Shown here: one piece after another, positions 39,801 through 49,281 of the stretch
Numbering within the stretch: position 1 is the stretch's first letter
How the letters are laid out: every line of letters begins with the position of its first letter
Source of the DNA: Paludibacteraceae bacterium
Lineage (GTDB): Bacteria; Bacteroidota; Bacteroidia; Bacteroidales; Paludibacteraceae
Reading direction: 5' to 3'
DNA length: 64,000 nucleotides
NCBI GenBank assembly: GCA_024405815.1
Contig: JAKSNX010000001.1
Span: 2,711-66,710, forward strand
Position numbers and translations under genes: made by a program
The notes under the pieces: model-generated
Database searches by the model: none
Told to the model about the DNA's origin: nothing
Seen by the model: only the letters and a program-made list of their open reading frames with translations

Positions 39801-40445
39801 ATGGAAACAGAAAATTTAATTCAAGAGACAGAAATTAAAGAGAGTTGCACATGCAAATGCTGTAAATGTTGCAAATGGGCTGCCACAGCAGTAATAGCCT
39901 TATTAGTTATTGCGGTTATAGTTCTTTACGTCTTATTCTTTAATTCAAAGGGTGGCAGTCAGACCTCTGCACCTATAGAGACAGACGGTACACAACTTCC
40001 TATTGCGTATGTAACAATGGACTCCATTCTTACAAACTACAACCTGTACAATCAGTTGAAAGATGATTTAATTCGTGAGCAAGAGAGTGCAAGGGCTAAA
40101 ATCAACCAAAAAGCCAGTGCACTTCAGGCAGATGCAGCAGATTTCCAAAACAAGTATCAGAACAACGCTTTCTTATCTCAAGAGAGGGCACAATCTGAAT
40201 ATGAGCGTATTGCACGCAAACAGCAGGAATTAGAGGCTGAAGATGCAAGACTGTCTCAAGAACTTGTGAACAAACAGGCATTGATGATGCAGACTATCTT
40301 ATCTAAAATAGACTCTGTAGTTGAGGTTTACAATCAAGATAAAGGTTATCATTTTATTTTTACCAACACAGGTAATGATAATATCCTTTACGGAAATCCT
40401 GGATATGATATTACAAATGATATACTTGAATTATTGAATCAATAA
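39801..40445 (+). CDS. OmpH/Skp-family periplasmic chaperone-like protein with Cys-rich N-terminal tail and signal anchor
   Basis: 214 aa. Residues 16-24 are CTCKCCKCC, followed by a TM helix (AATAVIALLVIAVIVLYVLFF). A Skp-like coiled-coil region follows (DDLIREQESARAKINQKASALQADAADFQNKYQNNAFLSQERAQSEYERIARKQQELEAE). Confidence 0.7.
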   Translation: METENLIQETEIKESCTCKCCKCCKWAATAVIALLVIAVIVLYVLFFNSKGGSQTSAPIETDGTQLPIAYVTMDSILTNYNLYNQLKDDLIREQESARAKINQKASALQADAADFQNKYQNNAFLSQERAQSEYERIARKQQELEAEDARLSQELVNKQALMMQTILSKIDSVVEVYNQDKGYHFIFTNTGNDNILYGNPGYDITNDILELLNQ

Positions 40446-40466
40446 TTCAAGTATATCATTATATAA

Positions 40467-40512
40467 TGTATAATGTATGATGTATGTTTTTCATACATTT
40501 ATACATTATACA
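40467..40512. repeat. Long AT-rich imperfect inverted repeat (hairpin) built from ATGTAT/ATACAT units
   Basis: 40467-40478 pairs with 40501-40512 (12 bp) and 40480-40486 pairs with 40492-40498 (7 bp), around a TTTTT loop. It lies between the skp-like stop (40445) and the fmt ATG (40528). Confidence 0.6.
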
Positions 40513-40527
40513 TCATACATTATCATT

Positions 40528-41463
40528 ATGAGCAACTCATTGCGAATAATATATATGGGTACTCCTGAGTTTGCGGTAGCACCCTTAAAAGCATTAGTGG
40601 AGAACGGCTACAATGTGGTAGCCGTTGTTACTATGCCCGATAAGCCCGCACAGCGTGGCATGAAACTGCAATACTCCGCAGTTAAGCAATACGCATTGGA
40701 GGCGGGTCTTCCTATTCTGCAGCCAGAGAAGCTCAAAGAGCAGGCGTTTCTTGATGAGTTAAAAAGTTATAATGCAGACTTACAAATAGTTGTAGCATTT
40801 AGAATGCTACCTGAAGTGGTGTGGAACATGCCACCCAAAGGTACATTTAATCTTCACGCATCACTGCTACCTCAGTATCGGGGTGCCGCCCCTATAAATT
40901 GGGCTATAATAAATGGTGAGACAGAGACAGGCGTAACCACATTTTTCCTTAATCATAACATAGATACAGGAAATATTATAATGCAGGAGCGTACACCTAT
41001 TAACCCCGATGACAACATAGGCACACTATATGACCGTCTTATGCTTATAGGGGCAGATGTGGTACTTAAAACTGTGGATAAAATAGCAAGCGGAGATGTT
41101 AAGACATACGCCCAAGATGAGAATCAGAATTTAAAGCCAGCCCCTAAGATATTTAAGGAAGATTGTCTTATTTTGTGGAACAAGTCAGCAAGGCAAGTTA
41201 ATGATTTTGTAAGAGGACTATCACCATACCCTGCGGCATACACAACACTTAAAACCCAAAAAGGAGAGGATTTGAGAGTGAAGGTACTGAAAGTTTTGCC
41301 TGAACAATCAGAATGCAAAGAGCCAATAGGAACGGTGATTACCGATAATAAAAGTTTTATAAAGGTAGCCGTAAATGACGGATACATATATTTAAACCAA
41401 ATCCAACCCGCTGGCAAAAAAAACATGACCGCACAAGAATTCCTAAATGGCACAAAATTATGA
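40528..41463 (+). CDS. fmt: Methionyl-tRNA formyltransferase
   Basis: The ATG at 40528 gives MSNSLRIIYMGTPEFAV. HASLLPQYRGAAPINWAI is also present. Confidence 0.92.
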   Translation: MSNSLRIIYMGTPEFAVAPLKALVENGYNVVAVVTMPDKPAQRGMKLQYSAVKQYALEAGLPILQPEKLKEQAFLDELKSYNADLQIVVAFRMLPEVVWNMPPKGTFNLHASLLPQYRGAAPINWAIINGETETGVTTFFLNHNIDTGNIIMQERTPINPDDNIGTLYDRLMLIGADVVLKTVDKIASGDVKTYAQDENQNLKPAPKIFKEDCLILWNKSARQVNDFVRGLSPYPAAYTTLKTQKGEDLRVKVLKVLPEQSECKEPIGTVITDNKSFIKVAVNDGYIYLNQIQPAGKKNMTAQEFLNGTKL

Positions 41464-43364
41464 TTGACCACGTCACAGTACAGAAAATTTTAGATGCCGC
41501 CCGTATAGAAGAGGTGGTTGGAGATTTTGTGTCACTACGGCGTAGAGGAGTAAACCTTATAGGGCTTTGCCCGTTTCATAATGAGAAGACCCCATCGTTT
41601 ACAGTAAGCCCGGCAAAAAATATATGCCACTGTTTTGGGTGTGGCAAGGGGGGAAGTCCTGTTAATTTTATAATGGAGCATGAAAGTCTCTCTTACGCAG
41701 ACGCTTTGCGTTATCTTGCCAAGAAATATGGAATAGAGATAGTGGAAAAGGAGATGAGCAAGGAGGAGCTAAACAAGCGTACTGACCGCGAGAATATGTT
41801 TGCCTTGAATGCTTTTGCCCTAAATTACTTTACTGACACACTTAATAATACAGAAGAGGGGCAGACCGTAGGAATGGCTTACTTCCGTGAGCGTGGATTC
41901 CGTGATGACACCATAAAGAAATTCCAATTAGGCTATTGCCCAGACCGTTTTGAGGCGGTAAGTGTGCCTGCCTTAAAAGCAGGATTCAGCAAAAAGACTT
42001 TATTGGACACAGGTTTATGCCATGAAAATCAAAAAGGAGGGCTTACAGACAGGTTCCGTGGCAGAGTTATGTTTCCTGTACACACTGTATCGGGGCAGGT
42101 AGTGGCATTTGGCGGCAGGGTTCTAAAAAAGACAGAGAACACAGGCAAATATGTAAACTCACCAGAATCAGAGATTTACCATAAGAGTAACGAGCTCTAC
42201 GGACTATATTTTGCAAAGAATGCCATTCAGCGTGCCGATGTGTGCTATTTAGTTGAGGGCTACACAGATGTTATTTCCATGCACCAATCGGGTGTGGAGA
42301 ATGTGGTTGCATCATCGGGTACATCACTTACTACAGGGCAAATAAGGCTTATACACCGCTTTACTTCAAACATTATTGTGCTTTATGACGGCGATGCGGC
42401 TGGCATCAAGGCTTCTATCAGAGGCATTGATATGCTGCTTGAAGAGGGTATGAATGTTAAAATTGTATTGTTACCCGATGGAGAAGACCCCGATTCATTT
42501 GCACGCAGCATGGATTCCACAGCGTTTACCACCTATATAGATAGTCATAAAACAGATTTCATATCGTTTAAGACACAACTGCTGCTTAGTGAGGCGGGCA
42601 ATGACCCTATAAAACGTGCCACCCTTATAGGAGATATAGTTGACAGCATAGCGGTTATTGCAGACAGCATTCAGAGAGCCATATATATTAAGGAGTGTGC
42701 CACAAAATTCAATATGAGAGAAGAGGTGTTGGTGCAAGAGGTGGAAAAACGCCGTAAAAACAGGCAGACGGAGCAACCTGCACCAAGCGTAGAAGCCATA
42801 AAACAAGCGGTGGACAGTGCCACAGGCAGACCTTTTTGCTTTAAAGAAGAGAGGCATCTGATACGTTATATTCTAAGGCATGGGCATGACCTTATAAACA
42901 TAAATTCTAACGGACAGATTATTCAGATTTCTGTTCTTGACTATATATATGGCAGCCTTGAGGCAGACGGAACACCGCTTCTATACCCCATTCATATTCA
43001 GATTTTAGAAGAATCTCTGACTGTTGACGGAGATATAATATCCCATTTCCTTAATCACCCTGACATTGCAATCCAAAATTACGCTTTCTCTCTTGCAGAA
43101 GACAAATATGAACGCAGTTCTATCTATAATACAGATGAAAGTAATGATGAAAAGACAGAGCGACTGTCTCAACAGGTGCAGACAGTGATGTTTGAATATC
43201 GGTTTGCCATTATAAAAGACAAATGCACCAAGTTAAAACAAGAGATTAAAGATGCAACCGCATCGGGTGATACAGACACAGTTGACAATCTGCTTTTAGA
43301 GTTACAAACTGCAACTATGCAACGTAAGCAAATCTCAGAAGTTTTGGGTAACCGCCCCAAATAA
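41460..43364 (+). CDS. dnaG: DNA primase
   Basis: 634 aa. Zinc ribbon CPFHNEKTPSFTVSPAKNICHCFGCGKGG; TOPRIM motifs VEGYTDV and YDGDAAG. It overlaps fmt by 4 nt. Confidence 0.93.
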   Translation: MIDHVTVQKILDAARIEEVVGDFVSLRRRGVNLIGLCPFHNEKTPSFTVSPAKNICHCFGCGKGGSPVNFIMEHESLSYADALRYLAKKYGIEIVEKEMSKEELNKRTDRENMFALNAFALNYFTDTLNNTEEGQTVGMAYFRERGFRDDTIKKFQLGYCPDRFEAVSVPALKAGFSKKTLLDTGLCHENQKGGLTDRFRGRVMFPVHTVSGQVVAFGGRVLKKTENTGKYVNSPESEIYHKSNELYGLYFAKNAIQRADVCYLVEGYTDVISMHQSGVENVVASSGTSLTTGQIRLIHRFTSNIIVLYDGDAAGIKASIRGIDMLLEEGMNVKIVLLPDGEDPDSFARSMDSTAFTTYIDSHKTDFISFKTQLLLSEAGNDPIKRATLIGDIVDSIAVIADSIQRAIYIKECATKFNMREEVLVQEVEKRRKNRQTEQPAPSVEAIKQAVDSATGRPFCFKEERHLIRYILRHGHDLININSNGQIIQISVLDYIYGSLEADGTPLLYPIHIQILEESLTVDGDIISHFLNHPDIAIQNYAFSLAEDKYERSSIYNTDESNDEKTERLSQQVQTVMFEYRFAIIKDKCTKLKQEIKDATASGDTDTVDNLLLELQTATMQRKQISEVLGNRPK

Positions 43365-43370
43365 ATTTTA

Positions 43371-44534
43371 CTAAAAAGATTTTTTAAGCGTAAAAAGGAA
43401 CTCCAAACCACCACCTTCACGGTTCTTGGCGGAGATTCTGCCGTTGTGGAACGATACGGCGTTTTTTACTATTGAGAGTCCCAATCCTGTGCCACCCACT
43501 TTACGTGAGCGTCCCTTATCTACACGATAAAAACGGTCAAACAAGCGGTTAAGATGCTCTTCTTCAACACCTACGCCATTATCAGCAAATGAGAAGTAAT
43601 AAAAATCCTTGTCTTGACGATAACAGCATATATTTATAGTTATATTCTTACCTGCATACGCCAAGGCATTATCCATAAGATTACGGAATATGGAATAGAT
43701 AAGAGATATATTGCCTCTTATCATTAGGGTGTCAGGAATCTCTTTTTTTATGGTAAAATGTTGCTCCTCTATAACAAGCGACAAGTCCTTAATCACATTA
43801 TCTATCACAATCGATATATCCACATCTTCTCCCACATACATTTCAGGTGCCTCATCTAATTTGTTTATAGTTGATATATCATAAAGCAGGTTAGTAAGCC
43901 TTTGTGCCTGCGTATAGCAACGTTTTATGTAGAAATCTTTTTTCTCCTGGTCTATATCGGGGTTGCATAACAGGGTCTCCATATAACCCTGAATACTTGC
44001 AACAGGTGTTTTAAGCTCATGCGATATGTTCTGCGTAAGTTGTTTCTTAAGCTGAGCCTGTTCCTCTTTTTGAGTTATATCATCTATTGTTATCTCAAAA
44101 CTCTTATCGTGGAATATTATACAATTAACATAGAGGATTTTGTTGTTCTTGCTTATATGAATGGTCTTAGTCTCCAATTTTTTCTCTGCACGACACTGAC
44201 GGTCATCAAGAAAATCAAGAATATCACCAAATTCGGGAATATCAAAAACCGCCTCAGAATAGCTACACCTCTTGTTAGATATATAATTTATGTATTGTAT
44301 AAAAAGTTCGTTTGAAAGAATCTCCTTACGTTGTGGAGAATAATTGGCAAAACCTCTTTTTGATACTTTAAGATGGGCGAGCATTTTTTCACGCTCCATT
44401 CTTAAATCTGTTTGAACAGTATCTAAATTAGATTGCAATGCCGCTATAGATTTTCTATAACGGCATACAACCATATAACAGTAAACTATTACTGCAACTG
44501 CTGTCAATATGCAAATACAAACAGCAATCTCCAT
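43371..44534 (-). CDS. Sensor histidine kinase (one N-terminal TM helix, cytoplasmic sensor region, HisKA plus HATPase_c); no cognate response regulator adjacent
   Basis: 387 aa. H-box SHELKTPVASIQGY, N-box RNLMDNALAY, G-boxes DNGVGV and GGTGLGLSIV. Confidence 0.85.
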   Translation of the reverse strand: MEIAVCICILTAVAVIVYCYMVVCRYRKSIAALQSNLDTVQTDLRMEREKMLAHLKVSKRGFANYSPQRKEILSNELFIQYINYISNKRCSYSEAVFDIPEFGDILDFLDDRQCRAEKKLETKTIHISKNNKILYVNCIIFHDKSFEITIDDITQKEEQAQLKKQLTQNISHELKTPVASIQGYMETLLCNPDIDQEKKDFYIKRCYTQAQRLTNLLYDISTINKLDEAPEMYVGEDVDISIVIDNVIKDLSLVIEEQHFTIKKEIPDTLMIRGNISLIYSIFRNLMDNALAYAGKNITINICCYRQDKDFYYFSFADNGVGVEEEHLNRLFDRFYRVDKGRSRKVGGTGLGLSIVKNAVSFHNGRISAKNREGGGLEFLFTLKKSF

Positions 44535-46691
44535 TTATTCAGCATTTTCAGCAGGTTTCTCCTCTTTTGCAGGACGTGGAGGACGCTCTGTAAGAACCTT
44601 GTGAGATAGTTTGAACTTACCGCTTTTCTTGTCTATATCAAGTAGTTTTACGGTAATCTTGTCTCCCTCTTTAAGTCCTGAATGCTCCATATCTTCCAGT
44701 CTGCTCCAGCTTATTTCTGATATGTGAAGCAAGCCCTCCTTGCCTGGAAGAATCTCTACAAATGCTCCGTAAGGCATAATGGACTTGACGGTCGATTCGT
44801 AAACCTCACCAACCTCAGGCACTGCAATTATACCTTTAATTTTATTTACAGCTGCATCTATTGAATCCTTATTAACGGCAGAAATCTCAACTATGCCCTT
44901 ATCCTCATCTTCTGTAATGGAGATTGTGGCACCAGTCTCTGCCTGCATAGCTTGTATAATCTTACCTCCAGGACCTATGATAGCACCTATCATGTCTTTA
45001 GGAATCCAAATAGTCTCAAGACGAGGTGCATGTGGCTTAAGGTCTGCACGTGGCTCTGCAAGTGTCTCCTTTATTTTACCAAGGATATACATTCTGCCAT
45101 CGTGTGCCTGTTTAAGAGCCTTCTCAAGAATCTCGTATGAAAGTCCGTCAACCTTTATATCCATCTGTGTGGCAGTGATACCCTTCTCTGTACCTGTCAC
45201 CTTAAAGTCCATATCTCCAAGGTGGTCTTCATCGCCCAATATATCTGAAAGCACAGCATAATTCTTACCCTTATTCTCAGAGATAAGACCCATTGCTATA
45301 CCTGATACCGGACGCTTGATTGGAACACCTGCATCCATAAGGGCAAGTGTACCTGCACAAACTGTTGCCATAGATGATGAACCGTTAGACTCCAATATAT
45401 CAGATACAACACGTATAACGTATGGATAATCATCAGGTATCATACTCTTTAACGCACGGCAAGCCAAATTTCCGTGACCAATCTCCCTACGTCCTACACC
45501 ACGCTGAGCCTTAGCCTCGCCTGTGGCAAATGGTGGGAAATTGTAGTGTAACAAGAAACGGTCTGTGCCCTGTACAAGAGACTCATCTATAATCTTCTCA
45601 TCGAGTTTTGTACCTAATGTAACAGTACTCAATGACTGAGTCTCACCACGTGTGAATATTGAAGAACCGTGAGGGCCAGGCAGATAACCTACCTCACACC
45701 AGATAGGACGTATATCGGTAGTCTTACGTCCGTCAAGACGCATACCCTCATCAAGTACGGCACGACGCATAGCCTCACGCTCTATATCGTGGTAGTAGCG
45801 GTCTATAAGCGGAGCCTTCTCTTCAAGTTCCTCTTCTGTGAACTGAGCCTTATACTCTTCACAAACAGCCTTGAAGTTCTCTGAACGTGAATGTTTGTCT
45901 GTGTTGCAAGATTTTGCAAGTTCGTAGGTTTTGGCGTATGTCTTATCGTGAAGGTCTTTACGTAAATCCTCATCATTAACCTCGTGGCAATACTCACGCT
46001 TAACGCTCTTGCCATACTCGTTCATAAGTTCCAACTGAGCCTGACACATAGGTTTGATAGCCTCGTGAGCAACTTTCATTGCATTAAGAAGGTCATCTTC
46101 AGAAACCTCTTTCATCTCACCCTCTACCATCATTATATTATCTAATGTGGCGGCTACCATAATGTCAAGGTCTGCATTCTCCAACTCCTTGAAAGTAGGG
46201 TCCACTACAAACTCTCCGTTTATTCTGGCAACTCTTACCTCTGATATAGGTCCGTTAAACGGAACATCACTGGCGGTAAGTGCGGCGGAAGCGGCAAGCC
46301 CTGCAAGTGCATCGGGCATATCCACACCATCAGCACTATAAAGTGTTACATTTACAAATGTCTCTGCGTGGTAGTTATCGGGGAATAGAGGACGTAGAGC
46401 CCTGTCCACCAAACGTGCGGTTAGAATCTCTGCATCTGAAGCCTTACCCTCTCTGCGTGTAAAACCACCAGGGAAACGCCCGTTAGAGGCAAATTTTTCT
46501 TTATACTCTACGGTAAGAGGCATAAAATCTGTGCCTGGAACCGCATCTTGTGCTGAGCAAACAGTTGCCAGCAACATCGTCTTACCCATCGTCACCATTA
46601 CGGCACCATCAGCCTGCTTTGCAAGCTTTCCTGTCTCAAGGGTAATTGTCCTTCCATCACTGAGTGTGATGGTCTTTGTTACTACATTCAT
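44535..46691 (-). CDS. pnp: Polyribonucleotide nucleotidyltransferase (PNPase)
   Basis: 718 aa with two RNase PH domains, KH ([13 protein letters not shown]) and S1 ([20 protein letters not shown]). Confidence 0.96.
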   Translation of the reverse strand: MNVVTKTITLSDGRTITLETGKLAKQADGAVMVTMGKTMLLATVCSAQDAVPGTDFMPLTVEYKEKFASNGRFPGGFTRREGKASDAEILTARLVDRALRPLFPDNYHAETFVNVTLYSADGVDMPDALAGLAASAALTASDVPFNGPISEVRVARINGEFVVDPTFKELENADLDIMVAATLDNIMMVEGEMKEVSEDDLLNAMKVAHEAIKPMCQAQLELMNEYGKSVKREYCHEVNDEDLRKDLHDKTYAKTYELAKSCNTDKHSRSENFKAVCEEYKAQFTEEELEEKAPLIDRYYHDIEREAMRRAVLDEGMRLDGRKTTDIRPIWCEVGYLPGPHGSSIFTRGETQSLSTVTLGTKLDEKIIDESLVQGTDRFLLHYNFPPFATGEAKAQRGVGRREIGHGNLACRALKSMIPDDYPYVIRVVSDILESNGSSSMATVCAGTLALMDAGVPIKRPVSGIAMGLISENKGKNYAVLSDILGDEDHLGDMDFKVTGTEKGITATQMDIKVDGLSYEILEKALKQAHDGRMYILGKIKETLAEPRADLKPHAPRLETIWIPKDMIGAIIGPGGKIIQAMQAETGATISITEDEDKGIVEISAVNKDSIDAAVNKIKGIIAVPEVGEVYESTVKSIMPYGAFVEILPGKEGLLHISEISWSRLEDMEHSGLKEGDKITVKLLDIDKKSGKFKLSHKVLTERPPRPAKEEKPAENAE

Positions 46692-46725
46692 AACAGTACT
46701 AAATTTTAAATATTACAAATCGGTG

Positions 46726-46757
46726 CAAAGTTAGTGAAAGTCCATCTCAAAAACAAA
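46726..46757 (-). promoter_or_regulatory. Candidate promoter for pnp
   Basis: The minus strand reads TTTG (46757-46754), a 20 nt spacer, then TAACTTTG (46733-46726). Confidence 0.35.
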
Positions 46758-46795
46758 AAAAACTTGTTTTTTTATGACTATTTAGAATATTTGCT

Positions 46796-46803
46796 TACCT
46801 TTG
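46796..46803 (+). promoter_or_regulatory. Candidate -7 element (TACCTTTG) for the lipoprotein genes
   Basis: TAnnTTTG match 49 nt upstream of the ATG at 46852. It is the same octamer as in the rpsL promoter. Confidence 0.35.
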
Positions 46804-46851
46804 CGGCAAATTTATAACAAACTAATTTTAACCAATAAACAATTATTTCTT

Positions 46852-47262
46852 ATGAAGAAAGTATTTATTTTGGCTCTTGCAGCCATTTCAAGTGCCACTC
46901 TTGTATCTTGTGCTAACAACAGTGCAGAAGAGGAGACAGAGGCACAAGACACGTTAGCAGTTGAGGTTTTTGACTCAATTGCAGTAGAGGTTGACACTTT
47001 AGCCGCTACAGACTCTGTAATAGTAGAGGAGATTGTAGAAGAGGTTAAAGAGGAAACAAAGACAGTAGTAAAAAAGCAAGCCGCCCCTGCTAAGAAAAAA
47101 GTTGAGGCTAAGGCTGAAGAGGTTAAGCAAGAGGTTGTTGAGACTGTAGAAGAGGTTAAGGAAGAAGTTGCAGCCGAGCCTGCTAAAGAAGAGACAGAAA
47201 CTGATTTGGCGGCTGCACGTAATGCAAAAAGAAAAGCCCGCCGTGCCGCCACTCTTGAATAA
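46852..47262 (+). CDS. Acidic repeat-containing lipoprotein, 136 aa, unknown function
   Basis: The ATG at 46852 gives MKKVFILALAAISSATLVSC (lipobox). The body is low-complexity Glu/Val/Lys-rich with repeated EEVK(E/Q)E units. The tail is basic. Confidence 0.6.
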   Translation: MKKVFILALAAISSATLVSCANNSAEEETEAQDTLAVEVFDSIAVEVDTLAATDSVIVEEIVEEVKEETKTVVKKQAAPAKKKVEAKAEEVKQEVVETVEEVKEEVAAEPAKEETETDLAAARNAKRKARRAATLE

Positions 47263-47301
47263 TAACACACATTAAGTTTAACCATTAAAAATAGAAAAAA
47301 A

Positions 47302-47745
47302 ATGAAAAAAATTTTAACTTTTGCTGTTGCCGCATTAGCATTGGCTATGGCATTTTCATCTTGCAAGAAAGAAGAAGCACAACTATCAGATGCAGAATTA
47401 GTTAACAAAATCGCTTCTTACCAATCCTACGCTGGTACATACAAATCAGGCGCAGATTCTGATATCGCTGCTCTTGGAATCACAAAATCAGCTGCAAGCG
47501 GAGCTATGGAATTTGCTATAGTTCTTTCAATGGATATTACTGACCCAGAGCATCCTTCTGATGATGATGCAATTGCCATGGGAAACTGGGAGGTTGTTAA
47601 TGGAGAGTTAATACTTCACGGCACAAAATCATATGGTGAGCCAAGAGTATCTACAATTAAAGGTGCAATAGAGAAGAATGGAGAAAAATTCACACTTACA
47701 TCAGGTTCTGCTACATTTGAATTTGAAAGAGTGAAACTTAAATAA
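47302..47745 (+). CDS. Small lipoprotein, 147 aa, unknown function
   Basis: MKKILTFAVAALALAMAFSSC lipobox. I recognise no family. Confidence 0.6.
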   Translation: MKKILTFAVAALALAMAFSSCKKEEAQLSDAELVNKIASYQSYAGTYKSGADSDIAALGITKSAASGAMEFAIVLSMDITDPEHPSDDDAIAMGNWEVVNGELILHGTKSYGEPRVSTIKGAIEKNGEKFTLTSGSATFEFERVKLK

Positions 47746-47762
47746 TCCAAAAAATCTTTACA

Positions 47763-47796
47763 AAAAAACGGAGACCTTTGCGGTTTCCGTTTTTTT
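47763..47796 (+). terminator. Intrinsic terminator after the lipoprotein pair
   Basis: AAAAAAACGGAGAC-CTTTGC-GGTTTCCGTTTTTTT: an imperfect GC-containing stem followed by a T7 run. Confidence 0.6.
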
Positions 47797-47826
47797 ATGT
47801 ACTTTTGTGAAACAATTTTTTCTGCT

Positions 47827-49251
47827 ATGACAATAACTGATTTGGAGCCAAAGGCAGTTTGGCGCTATTTTGCTGAGATATGTAGTGTGCCACGTGGTTC
47901 AGGCAACGAGGCTGGCGTAAGAAACCATATAATAGGTTTTGCAAAAGAGCACGGTTTTGAGTACAAAGTGGATGATGTAGGCAACCTGATAATGCGTAAA
48001 GACGGCATCGGTAAAAGCATCGTATTGCAAGGGCACATGGACATGGTGTGTGAGAAAAACTCTGACACCATACACGATTTCCGCAAAGACCCTATTGAGG
48101 TTATTATAGACGGAGATACCGTTAAGGCTAAAGGCACCACATTAGGCGGTGATGACGGCATAGGTTTGGCTATTGCCATGGCACTGTTTACAGACCCTGA
48201 TGTAACCTGTCCGTTAGAGGCACTGTTCACCGTGGAGGAAGAGACAGGCTTGACAGGAGCCATCGGGTTAAAGCCAAATCTGCTGAAATCATCAATTATG
48301 ATAAATTTGGACTCAGAAGATGATGAGGAGATTATAATAGGCTGTGCCGGAGGCATTGACACATCTCTGTGGTTAGAGATAGAGAGAGAGAAACCCGATT
48401 TTACTCCGTTTGGCATACACCTTAAACTAAGCGGTTTTACCGGAGGCCATAGCGGCGAGGATATAGATAAACCACGTGCCAATGCAAACAAACTGCTTGC
48501 TGAGTTTCTAAAGAGTCTCAATATAGCCTATAGAATTGTTAACATAAGTGGCGGTGGTCTCCGTAATGCAATCCCACGTGAGGCAGAGGCTACAATTGTA
48601 GTGCCTTGGGAAGATAAAGAGAATGCCCGTATAGCGTGGAATCTATTTGAGGCAGCCACAGAAACCAAATGGAAGACGCACGAGCCCGATATGATTATGA
48701 CGTTGGAGTCTGTAGAACCGGCAGAAGATGCCTACACAAAATGTCTTACAGAAAAAATAGTGAATCTGTTATGTGAAGTTCCGCATGGTCCTATAGAGTT
48801 CTGCAAGAATATGCCTACAATGGTAAACACCTCCACTAACCTTGCCTTTATACGTGACCAATACGGAAAGATTCTTATAGGCACAAGCCAACGTTCAGCT
48901 AATTTAGGGAAACGCGATGCCATTGCAAACAAAATATCTGAAATAGGAGCAAAATATGGTGCAGTAACCACACACTCAAGCGGATACCCTGGGTGGGAAC
49001 CAAAAGAGAACTCCGCCTTACTTAATACGGCAGTACAAACTTACAAAGAGCTGTTTGGCGGCAAGCCAAAAGTAAAGACCATACATGCAGGACTTGAGTG
49101 TGGGCTTTTCTCCAAATCGTACCCTGGTATGGATATGATTTCAATAGGTCCTAAAATTTTAGGAATCCACTCACCGGCAGAGACTCTATATATAGAGACA
49201 GTAAAAAAATGTTGGTTGTTTACAAAAACTCTCTGTCAAGCATTGCAGTAA
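47827..49251 (+). CDS. pepD: Aminoacyl-histidine dipeptidase (M20 family, PepD)
   Basis: The ATG at 47827 lies after the terminator; the 47797 start would abut it. LEPKAVWRYFAEICSVPRGSGNE, LQGHMDMV and TTLGGDDGIG are colinear with E. coli PepD. Confidence 0.88.
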   Translation: MTITDLEPKAVWRYFAEICSVPRGSGNEAGVRNHIIGFAKEHGFEYKVDDVGNLIMRKDGIGKSIVLQGHMDMVCEKNSDTIHDFRKDPIEVIIDGDTVKAKGTTLGGDDGIGLAIAMALFTDPDVTCPLEALFTVEEETGLTGAIGLKPNLLKSSIMINLDSEDDEEIIIGCAGGIDTSLWLEIEREKPDFTPFGIHLKLSGFTGGHSGEDIDKPRANANKLLAEFLKSLNIAYRIVNISGGGLRNAIPREAEATIVVPWEDKENARIAWNLFEAATETKWKTHEPDMIMTLESVEPAEDAYTKCLTEKIVNLLCEVPHGPIEFCKNMPTMVNTSTNLAFIRDQYGKILIGTSQRSANLGKRDAIANKISEIGAKYGAVTTHSSGYPGWEPKENSALLNTAVQTYKELFGGKPKVKTIHAGLECGLFSKSYPGMDMISIGPKILGIHSPAETLYIETVKKCWLFTKTLCQALQ

Positions 49252-49281
49252 AACAATATTTTTAATAACTTTGTAGGCGTT

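Noticed and set aside
46748-46778. A8 / T7 tracts (AAAAACAAAAAAAACTTGTTTTTTT) considered as a hairpin or terminator between pnp and the lipoprotein gene.
   Set aside because: Pairing would be A-U only with a loop of 2-4 nt. It is thermodynamically negligible and more likely just AT-rich promoter DNA.
46812-47408. 198 aa minus-strand ORF spanning both lipoprotein genes, plus other long antisense ORFs: 47865..48521, 57980..58576, 9503..9997, 6208..6666, 1565..1981, 38165..38620 and 13752..14270.
   Set aside because: All lie antisense to ORFs with strong family signatures or lipoprotein signals. Their translations are low-complexity or Ser/Leu/Cys-rich with no recognisable motifs. They are typical shadow ORFs.
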